NCBI GenBank assembly: GCA_002269645.1
Contig: NIVC01001166.1
Span: 124,001 to 188,000, forward strand
DNA length: 64,000 nucleotides
Direction: 5' to 3'
Source: Macrostomum lignano
Taxonomy: Eukaryota
The translations under genes and the position numbers were made by a program. The notes beneath the pieces were generated by a model. It was not told the DNA's origin and ran no database searches. It was given only the letters and a program-made list of their open reading frames with translations. Position 1 is the first letter of the stretch, and each line of letters begins with the position of its first letter. Positions 1 through 10,900 of the stretch are shown here, piece by piece.

Positions 1-2751
1 AGTCGCTGCAGCGCTACTCGCGTCGCATCTGGCTGCAGCGCCGCTCGCGACTGCTCGACCGAGGTCACGACCGAGTTGTCGAACGGGCCTCCGATGCTTC
101 TAAGCCGCGACAGTCGATCCGCCATCAGTCTGGCCACTTCCTCGTTCATTGACCTGTCTGGCTGCGCCTGTTGTTCTACTACTGCTGCGTCGTCCGGTAT
201 CACCTGCGTTTCCTCTTTCTCGTCCTCTGCTAAAGCGGCCGCCGTGGCGCCTCTCTCGTCTACGCGACGTCTGTACTCGCCCAGCTCCGAGTCGAGTCGC
301 TGCAGCGCTACTCGCGTCGCATCTGGCTGCAGCGCCGCTCGCGACTGCTCGACCGAGGTCACGACCGAGTTGTCGAACGGGCCTCCGATGCTTCTAAGCC
401 GCGACAGTCGATCCGCCATCAGTCTGGCCACTTCCTCGTTCATTGACCTGTCTGGCTGCGCCTGTTGTTCTACTACTGCTGCGTCGTCCGGTATCACCTG
501 CGTTTCCTCTTTCTCGTCCTCTGCTAAAGCGGCCGCCGTGGCGCCTCTCTCGTCTACGCGACGTCTGTACTCGCCCAGCTCCGAGTCGAGTCGCTGCAGC
601 GCTACTCGCGTCGCATCTGGCTGCAGCGCCGCTCGCGACTGCTCGACCGAGGTCACGACCGAGTTGTCGAACGGGCCTCCGATGCTTCTAAGCCGCGACA
701 GTCGATCCGCCATCAGTCTGGCCACTTCCTCGTTCATTGACCTGTCTGGCTGCGCCTGTTGTTCTACTACTGCTGCGTCGTCCGGTATCACCTGCGTTTC
801 CTCTTTCTCGTCCTCTGCTAAAGCGGCCGCCGTGGCGCCTCTCTCGTCTACGCGACGTCTGTACTCGCCCAGCTCCGAGTCGAGTCGCTGCAGCGCTACT
901 CGCGTCGCATCTGGCTGCAGCGCCGCTCGCGACTGCTCGACCGAGGTCACGACCGAGTTGTCGAACGGGCCTCCGATGCTTCTAAGCCGCGACAGTCGAT
1001 CCGCCATCAGTCTGGCCACTTCCTCGTTCATTGACCTGTCTGGCTGCGCCTGTTGTTCTACTACTGCTGCGTCGTCCGGTATCACCTGCGTTTCCTCTTT
1101 CTCGTCCTCTGCTAAAGCGGCCGCCGTGGCGCCTCTCTCGTCTACGCGACGTCTGTACTCGCCCAGCTCCGAGTCGAGTCGCTGCAGCACTACTCGCGTC
1201 GCATCTGGCTGCAGCGCCGCTCGCGACTGCTCGACCGAGGTCACGACCGAGTTGTCGAACGGGCCTCCGATGCTTCTAAGCCGCGACAGTCGATCCGCCA
1301 TCAGTCTGGCCACTTCCTCGTTCATTGACCTGTCTGGCTGCGCCTGTTGTTCTACTACTGCTGCGTCGTCCGGTATCACCTGCGTTTCCTCTTTCTCGTC
1401 CTCTGCTAAAGCGGCGCCGTGGCGCTCTCTCGTCTACGCGACGTCTGTACTCGCCCAGCTCCGAGTCGAGTCGCTGCAGCGCTACTCGCGTCGCATCTGG
1501 CTGCAGCGCCGCTCGCGACTGCTCGACCGAGGTCACGACCGAGTTGTCGAACGGGCCTCCGATGCTTCTAAGCCGCGACAGTCGATCCGCCATCAGTCTG
1601 GCCACTTCCTCGTTCATTGACCTGTCTGGCTGCGCCTGTTGTTCTACTACTGCTGCGTCGTCCGGTATCACCTGCGTTTCCTCTTTCTCGTCCTCTGCTA
1701 AAGCGGCCGCCGTGGCGCCTCTCTCGTCTACGCGACGTCTGTACTCGCCCAGCTCCGAGTCGAGTCGCTGCAGCGCTACTCGCGTCGCATCTGGCTGCAG
1801 CGCCGCTCGCGACTGCTCGACCGAGGTCACGACCGAGTTGTCGAAACGGGCCTCCGATGCTTCTAAGCCGCGACAGTCGATCCGCCATCAGTCTGGCCAC
1901 TTCCTCGTTCATTGACCTGTCTGGCTGCGCCTGTTGTTCTACTACTGCTGCGTCGTCCGGTATCACCTGCGTTTCCTCTTTCTCGTCCTCTGCTAAAGCG
2001 GCCGCCGTGGCGCCTCTCTCGTCTACGCGACGTCTGTACTCGCCCAGCTCCGAGTCGAGTCGCTGCAGCGCTACTCGCGTCGCATCTGGCTGCAGCGCCG
2101 CTCGCGACTGCTCGACCGAGGTCACGACCGAGTTGTCGAACGGGCCTCCGATGCTTCTAAGCCGCGACAGTCGATCCGCCATCAGTCTGGCCACTTCCTC
2201 GTTCATTGACCTGTCTGGCTGCGCCTGTTGTTCTACTACTGCTGCGTCGTCCGGTATCCCTGCGCCTCTCTCGTCCTCTGCTAAAGCGGCCGCGCGGCGC
2301 CTCTCTCGTCTACGCGACGTCTGTACTCGCCAGCTCCGAGTCGAGTCGCTGCAGCGCTACTACTCGCGTCGCATCTGGCTGCAGCGCCGCTCGCGACTGC
2401 TCGACCGAGGTCACGACCGAGTTGTCGAACGGGCCTCCGATGCTTCTAAGCCGCGACAGTCGATCCGCCATCAGAGTCTGGCCACTTCCTCGTTCATTGA
2501 CCTGTCTGGCTGCGCCTGTTGTTCTACTACTCTGCGCGTCGTCCGGTATCACCTGCGTTTCCTCTTTCTCGTCCTCTGCTAAGCGGCCGCCGTGGCGCCT
2601 CTCTCGTCTACGCGACGTCTGTACTCGCCCAGCTCCGAGTCGAGTCGCTGCAGCGCTACTCGCGTCGCATCTGGCTGCAGCGCCGCTCGCGACTGCTCGA
2701 CCGAGGTCACGACCGAGTTGTCGAACGGGCCTCCGATGCTTCTAAGCCGCG
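1..2751 (-). repeat. Coding-type tandem array A', about 9.4 units of 294 bp (98 aa per unit on the minus strand); partial paralogue of array A
   Basis: The minus strand reads MNEEVARLMADRLSRLRSIGGPFDNSVVTSVEQSRAALQPDATRVALQRLDSELGEYRRRVDERGATAAALAEDEKEETQVIPDDAAVVEQQAQPDRS repeatedly. The period is 294 (shadow ORF starts at 149, 443, 737, 1031). Units degrade with indels towards the gap. Confidence 0.95.
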
Positions 2752-2765
2752 NNNNNNNNNNNNNN
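2752..2765. other. Assembly gap (14 N)
   Basis: Run of N between two oppositely oriented repeat arrays; true size unknown. Confidence 0.99.
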
Positions 2766-5700
2766 GCGACTGAACGCGGAGCTGGCAGAGTACAAGCGCC
2801 GCCTTGATGAGATCACCGCAGCTGAACAGGCGGAAGCTGCAGCGCCAGAACAGGAGGAGGAAGAGCCAGAAGCTGAGCCGGTCGTCGAGGACGCGGCAAT
2901 GAACGCGGCACTGTTTGACGCTACGATCGAGCGACTGGCGCGTCTGAATCGCATCGGACTGTTCGACGCCTCGGTGCTGACGTCGGTGGAGCAGGCGCGA
3001 GCCGCGCTGCAGCATTCAGCTAGACCCGGAGCGATGCAGCGACTGAACGCGGAGCTGGCAGAGTACAAGCGCCGCCTTGATGAGATCACCGCAGCTGAAC
3101 AGGCGGAAGCTGCAGCGCCAGAACAGGAGGAGGAAGAGCCAGAAGCTGAGCCGGTCGTCGAGGACGCGGCAATGAACGCGGCACTGTTTGACGCTACGAT
3201 CGAGCGACTGGCGCGTCTGAATCGCATCGGACTGTTCGACGCCTCGGTGCTGACGTCGGTGGAGCAGGCGCGAGCCGCGCTGCAGCATTCAGCTAGACCC
3301 GGAGCGATGCAGCGACTGAACGCGGAGCTGGCAGAGTACAAGCGCCGCCTTGATGAGATCACCGCAGCTGAACAGGCGGAAGCTGCAGCGCCAGAACAGG
3401 AGGAGGAAGAGCCAGAAGCTGAGCCGGTCGTCGAGGACGCGGCAATGAACGCGGCACTGTTTGACGCTACGATCGAGCGACTGGCGCGTCTGAATCGCAT
3501 CGGACTGTTCGACGCCTCGGTGCTGACGTCGGTGGAGCAGGCGCGAGCCGCGCTGCAGCATTCAGCTAGACCCGGAGCGATGCAGCGACTGAACGCGGAG
3601 CTGGCAGAGTACAAGCGCCGCCTTGATGAGATCACCGCAGCTGAACAGGCGGAAGCTGCAGCGCCAGAACAGGAGGAGGAAGAGCCAGAAGCTGAGCCGG
3701 TCGTCGAGGACGCGGCAATGAACGCGGCACTGTTTGACGCTACGATCGAGCGACTGGCGCGTCTGAATCGCATCGGACTGTTCGACGCCTCGGTGCTGAC
3801 GTCGGTGGAGCAGGCGCGAGCCGCGCTGCAGCATTCAGCTAGACCCGGAGCGATGCAGCGACTGAACGCGGAGCTGGCAGAGTACAAGCGCCGCCTTGAT
3901 GAGATCACCGCAGCTGAACAGGCGGAAGCTGCAGCGCCAGAACAGGAGGAGGAAGAGCCAGAAGCTGAGCCGGTCGTCGAGGACGCGGCAATGAACGCGG
4001 CACTGTTTGACGCTACGATCGAGCGACTGGCGCGTCTGAATCGCATCGGACTGTTCGACGCCTCGGTGCTGACGTCGGTGGAGCAGGCGCGAGCCGCGCT
4101 GCAGCATTCAGCTAGACCCGGAGCGATGCAGCGACTGAACGCGGAGCTGGCAGAGTACAAGCGCCGCCTTGATGAGATCACCGCAGCTGAACAGGCGGAA
4201 GCTGCAGCGCCAGAACAGGAGGAGGAAGAGCCAGAAGCTGAGCCGGTCGTCGAGGACGCGGCAATGAACGCGGCACTGTTTGACGCTACGATCGAGCGAC
4301 TGGCGCGTCTGAATCGCATCGGACTGTTCGACGCCTCGGTGCTGACGTCGGTGGAGCAGGCGCGAGCCGCGCTGCAGCATTCAGCTAGACCCGGAGCGAT
4401 GCAGCGACTGAACGCGGAGCTGGCAGAGTACAAGCGCCGCCTTGATGAGATCACCGCAGCTGAACGAGGAAGCTCGTCGTCGAGGACGCGGCAATGAACG
4501 CGGCACTGTTTGACGCTACGATCGAGCGACTGGCGCGTCTGAATCGCATCGGACTGTTCGACGCCTCGGTGCTGACGTCGGTGGAGCAGGCGCGAGCCGC
4601 GCTGCAGCATTCAGCTAGACCCGGAGCGATGCAGCGACTGAACGCGGAGCTGGCAGAGTACAAGCGCCGCCTTGATGAGATCACCGCAGCTGAACAGGCG
4701 GAAGCTGCAGCGCCAGAACAGGAGGAAGAGCCAGAAGCTGAGCCGGTCGTCGAGGACGCGGCAATGAACGCGGCACTGTTTGACGCTACGATCGAGCGAC
4801 TGGCGCGTCTGAATCGCATCGGACTGTTCGACGCCTCGGTGCTGACGTCGGTGGAGCAGGCGCGAGCCGCGCTGCAGCATTCAGCTAGACCCGGAGCGAT
4901 GCAGCGACTGAACGCGGAGCTGGCAGAGTACAAGCGCCGCCTTGATGAGATCACCGCAGCTGAACAGGCGGAAGCTGCAGCGCCAGAACAGGAGGAGGAA
5001 GAGCCAGAAGCTGAGCCGGTCGTCGAGGACGCGGCAATGAACGCGGCACTGTTTGACGCTACGATCGAGCGACTGGCGCGTCTGAATCGCATCGGACTGT
5101 TCGACGCCTCGGTGCTGACGTCGGTGGAGCAGGCGCGAGCCGCGCTGCAGCATTCAGCTAGACCCGGAGCGATGCAGCGACTACAAGCGCGCCGCCTTGA
5201 TGAGATCACCGCAGCTGAACAGGCGGAAGCTGCAGCGCCAGAACAGGAGGAGGAAGAGCCAGAAGCTGAGCCGGTCGTCGAGGACGCGGCAATGAACGCG
5301 GCACTGTTTGACGCTACGATCGAGCGACTGGCGCGTCTGAATCGCATCGGACTGTTCGACGCCTCGGTGCTGACGTCGGTGGAGCAGGCGCGAGCCGCGC
5401 TGCAGCATTCAGCTAGACCCGGAGCGATGCAGCGACTGAACGCGGAGCTGGCAGAGTACAAGCGCCGCCTTGATGAGATCACCGCAGCTGAACAGGCGGA
5501 AGCTGCAGCGCCAGAACAGGAGGAGGAAGAGCCAGAAGCTGAGCCGGTCGTCGAGGACGCGGCAATGAACGCGGCACTGTTTGACGCTACGATCGAGCGA
5601 CTGGCGCGTCTGAATCGCATCGGACTGTTCGACGCCTCGGTGCTGACGTCGGTGGAGCAGGCGCGAGCCGCGCTGCAGCATTCAGCTAGACCCGGAGCGA

Positions 5701-7919
5701 TGCAGCGACTGAACGCGGAGCTGGCAGAGTACAAGCGCCGCCTTGATGAGATCACCGCAGCTGAACAGGCGGAAGCTGCAGCGCCAGAACAGGAGGAGGA
5801 AGAGCCAGAAGCTGAGCCGGTCGTCGAGGACGCGGCAATGAACGCGGCACTGTTTGACGCTACGATCGAGCGACTGGCGCGTCTGAATCGCATCGGACTG
5901 TTCGACGCCTCGGTGCTGACGTCGGTGGAGCAGGCGCGAGCCGCGCTGCAGCATTCAGCTAGACCCGGAGCGATGCAGCGACTGAACGCGGAGCTGGCAG
6001 AGTACAAGCGCCGCCTTGATGAGATCACCGCAGCTGAACAGGCGGAAGCTGCAGCGCCAGAACAGGAGGAGGAAGAGCCAGAAGCTGAGCCGGTCGTCGA
6101 GGACGCGGCAATGAACGCGGCACTGTTTGACGCTACGATCGAGCGACTGGCGCGTCTGAATCGCATCGGACTGTTCGACGCCTCGGTGCTGACGTCGGTG
6201 GAGCAGGCGCGAGCCGCGCTGCAGCATTCAGCTAGACCCGGAGCGATGCAGCGACTGAACGCGGAGCTGGCAGAGTACAAGCGCCGCCTTGATGAGATCA
6301 CCGCAGCTGAACAGGTCGTCGAGGACGCGGCAATGAACGCGGCACTGTTTGACGCTACGATCGAGCGACTGGCGCGTCTGAATCGCATCGGACTGTTCGA
6401 CGCCTCGGTGCTGACGTCGGTGGAGCAGGCGCGAGCCGCGCTGCAGCATTCAGCTAGACCCGGAGCGATGCAGCGACTGAACGCGGAGCTGGCAGAGTAC
6501 AAGCGCCGCCTTGATGAGATCACCGCAGCTGAACAGGCGGAAGCTGCAGCGCCAGAACAGGAGGAAGAGCCAGAAGCTGAGCCGGTCGTCGAGGACGCGG
6601 CAATGAACGCGGCACTGTTTGACGCTACGATCGAGCGACTGGCGCGTCTGAATCGCATCGGACTGTTCGACGCCTCGGTGCTGACGTCGGTGGAGCAGGC
6701 GCGAGCCGCGCTGCAGCATTCAGCTAGACCCGGAGCGATGCAGCGACTGAACGCGGAGCTGGCAGAGTACAAGCGCCGCCTTGATGAGATCACCGCAGCT
6801 GAACAGGCGGAAGCTGCAGCGCCAGAACAGGAGGAGGAAGAGCCAGAAGCTGAGCCGGTCGTCGAGGACGCGGCAATGAACGCGGCACTGTTTGACGCTA
6901 CGATCGAGCGACTGGCGCGTCTGAATCGCATCGGACTGTTCGACGCCTCGGTGCTGACGTCGGTGGAGCAGGCGCGAGCCGCGCTGCAGCATTCAGCTAG
7001 ACCCGGAGCGATGGCAGAGTACAAGCGCCGCCTTGATGAGATCACCGCAGCTGAACAGGCGGAAGCTGCAGCGCCAGAACAGGAGGAGGAAGAGCCAGAA
7101 GCTGAGCCGGTCGTCGAGGACGCGGCAATGAACGCGGCACTGTTTGACGCTACGATCGAGCGACTGGCGCGTCTGAATCGCATCGGACTGTTCGACGCCT
7201 CGGTGCTGACGTCGGTGGAGCAGGCGCGAGCCGCGCTGCAGCATTCAGCTAGACCCGGAGCGATGCAGCGACTGAACGCGGAGCTGGCAGAGTACAAGCG
7301 CCGCCTTGATGAGATCACCGCAGCTGAACAGGCGGAAGCTGCAGCGCCAGAACAGGAGGAGGAAGAGCCAGAAGCTGAGCCGGTCGTCGAGGACGCGGCA
7401 ATGAACGCGGCACTGTTTGACGCTACGATCGAGCGACTGGCGCGTCTGAATCGCATCGGACTGTTCGACGCCTCGGTGCTGACGTCGGTGGAGCAGGCGC
7501 GAGCCGCGCTGCAGCATTCAGCTAGACCCGGAGCGATGCAGCGACTGAACGCGGAGCTGGCAGAGTACAAGCGCCGCCTTGATGAGATCACCGCAGCTGA
7601 ACAGGCGGAAGCTGCAGCGCCAGAACAGGAGGAGGAAGAGCCAGAAGCTGAGCCGGTCGTCGAGGACGCGGCAATGAACGCGGCACTGTTTGACGCTACG
7701 ATCGAGCGACTGGCGCGTCTGAATCGCATCGGACTGTTCGACGCCTCGGTGCTGACGTCGGTGGAGCAGGCGCGAGCCGCGCTGCAGCATTCAGCTAGAC
7801 CCGGAGCGATGCAGCGACTGAACGCGGAGCTGGCAGAGTACAAGCGCCGCCTTGATGAGATCACCGCAGCTGAACAGGCGGAAGCTGCAGCGCCAGAACA
7901 GGAGGAGGAAGAGCCAGAA
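2766..7919 (+). repeat. Coding tandem array B, about 19 units of 273 bp (91 aa)
   Basis: Unit MNAALFDATIERLARLNRIGLFDASVLTSVEQARAALQHSARPGAMQRLNAELAEYKRRLDEITAAEQAEAAAPEQEEEEPEAEPVVEDAA. ATGs at 2899, 3172, 3445 etc. Units are near-identical, with several deletion variants. Confidence 0.97.
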
Positions 7920-10900
7920 CCAGATGATGAAGCATACATCCTCTCTGAAGCATTTGATGAAAATTTGACATCTTTTTCTAAACATTTTTATTCGACGGAT
8001 TCCATGGTGTGCAGCATTGATCGGCTTTTGAGCGTTTTTGATTGGTTTCGATATAGGGTTTATCGTGGTCTAACGTCATTTTGCTGCGTACTTCAGGCAC
8101 AGTTTGTTGGAGCTGCCCTTCGACAGTTAGTGCGTCAGCTTCAACTAATGACTTCATTGTGTAGAGAGGATTTGGTTTGTGGTCCTGTTAAAGAAATTCT
8201 TTTCGCGGTTCAGCAAGAACCTCTTTGGTCTGAGATTAGAAAGCGCAACGAGGCATCATTTTCATATCTCTCATTGTGGATTGAGAGGTTCGGTGACGCG
8301 GATGTTGTTCCCGCAGACGCTGCTTGTGTCGGTCTGCATTATTTTTCTGAGCAATATTTCTCAGCCGTGAAGACATTTCAGCGGTACGGTCAGTACTGGT
8401 CTGGCGTTCACGTATGTCTCCTGAAAATAAGTGAGACACTGCAGAGCCATATAACTGAAGCGTCTCGTAGTTACCGCGAAACAGTGTTGGCTATTGAAAG
8501 ATACGCCAGGCTAAGCAAATCTTTGACGAAATTCGAGTATGCTTTGCTAAAATCAATTCAATGTATTGTTCAGGCGGACAAAAATCATCTTGAAGTCATT
8601 CAGTGCGCTCTCTGCCGTATTCCAGTTCATCATCGTGAGTTAAGATATTTTTCGGAAGAAACGAGAGAAAAGCTACTTAAAGCGTATCTAAGTACCAACT
8701 TTCAAGGCAACACTTGGCAAAAGTACGCGATGCTATTCGCTAAGGCAGACGAAATGTTAGACTGTCATATGCAAGATAAAAAGAAGGCTAGAGCGGCAAG
8801 AAGGTCTATTTTTCGAATGAAACAACTCTTAAAGTACTTCACAACCGACTTCGATACAACAAAAACGTATATACTATCTACGGGAGTTTGGGAGCAACAA
8901 GACCGCACAGTCTCAAAACTACCTCAACTGGGGCCACTAATAGTCGAAATAGACAGCGATTCCGAAATCGCTGACGACCAGGTCCACCATCAAGGACTCG
9001 ACGTTATTAATCCAACGAAAATGTCACTTAAGTTTGACACGTTAGAAGAGCTATTGAACACGGAAGTGGCCAGACTCATGGCGGATCGACTGTCGCGGCT
9101 TAGAAGCATCGGAGGCCCGTTCGACAACTCGGTCGTGACCTCGGTCGAGCAGTCGCGAGCGGCGCTGCAGCCAGATGCGACGCGAGTAGCGCTGCAGCGA
9201 CTCGACTCGGAGCTGGGCGAGTACAGACGTCGCGTAGATGAGAGAGGCGCCCCGGCCGCTTTAGCAGAGGACGAGAAAGAGGAAGCGCAGGGGATACCGG
9301 ACGACGCAGCAGTAGTAGAACAACAGGCGCAGCCAGACAGGTCAATGAACGAGGAAGTGGCCAGACTCATGGCGGATCGACTGTCGCGGCTTAGAAGCAT
9401 CGGAGGCCCGTTCGACAACTCGGTCGTGACCTCGGTCGAGCAGTCGCGAGCGGCGCTGCAGCCAGATGCGACGCGAGTAGCGCTGCAGCGACTCGACTCG
9501 GAGCTGGGCGAGTACAGACGTCGCGTAGATGAGAGAGGCGCCCGGCCGCTTTAGCAGAGGACGAGAAAGAGGAAGCGCAGGGGATACCGGACGACGCAGC
9601 AGTAGTAGAACAACAGGCGCAGCCAGACAGGTCAATGAACGAGGAAGTGGCCAGACTCATGGCGGATCGACTGTCGCGGCTTAGAAGCATCGGAGGCCCG
9701 TTCGACAACTCGGTCGTGACCTCGGTCGAGCAGTCGCGAGCGGCGCTGCAGCCAGATGCGACGCGAGTAGCGCTGCAGCGACTCGACTCGGAGCTGGGCG
9801 AGTACAGACGTCGCGTAGATGAGAGAGGCGCCCCGGCCGCTTTAGCAGAGGACGAGAAAGAGGAAGCGCAGGGATACCGGACGACGCAGCAGTAGTAGAA
9901 CAACAGGCGCAGCCAGACAGGTCAATGAACGAGGAAGTGGCCAGACTCATGGCGGATCGACTGTCGCGGCTTAGAAGCATCGGAGGCCCGTTCGACAACT
10001 CGGTCGTGACCTCGGTCGAGCAGTCGCGAGCGGCGCTGCAGCCAGATGCGACGCGAGTAGCGCTGCAGCGACTCGACTCGGAGCTGGGCGAGTACAGACG
10101 TCGCGTAGATGAGAGAGGCGCCCGGCCGCTTTAGCAGAGGACGAGAAAGAGGAAGCGCAGGGGATACCGGACGACGCAGCAGTAGTAGAACAACAGGCGC
10201 AGCCAGACAGGTCAATGAACGAGGAAGTGGCCAGACTCATGGCGGATCGACTGTCGCGGCTTAGAAGCATCGGAGGCCCGTTCGACAACTCGGTCGTGAC
10301 CTCGGTCGAGCAGTCGCGAGCGGCGCTGCAGCCAGATGCGACGCGAGTAGCGCTGCAGCGACTCGACTCGGAGCTGGGCGAGTACAGACGTCGCGTAGAT
10401 GAGAGAGGCGCCCCGGCCGCTTTAGCAGAGGACGAGAAAGAGGAAGCGCAGGGGATACCGGACGACGCAGCAGTAGTAGAACAACAGGCGCAGCCAGACA
10501 GGTCAATGAACGAGGAAGTGGCCAGACTCATGGCGGATCGACTGTCGCGGCTTAGAAGCATCGGAGGCCCGTTCGACAACTCGGTCGTGACCTCGGTCGA
10601 GCAGTCGCGAGCGGCGCTGCAGCCAGATGCGACGCGAGTAGCGCTGCAGCGACTCGACTCGGAGCTGGGCGAGTACAGACGTCGCGTAGATGAGAGAGGC
10701 GCCCGGCCGCTTTAGCAGAGGACGAGAAAGAGGAAGCGCAGGGGATACCGGACGACGCAGCAGTAGTAGAACAACAGGCGCAGCCAGACAGGTCAATGAA
10801 CGAGGAAGTGGCCAGACTCATGGCGGATCGACTGTCGCGGCTTAGAAGCATCGGAGGCCCGTTCGACAACTCGGTCGTGACCTCGGTCGAGCAGTCGCGA

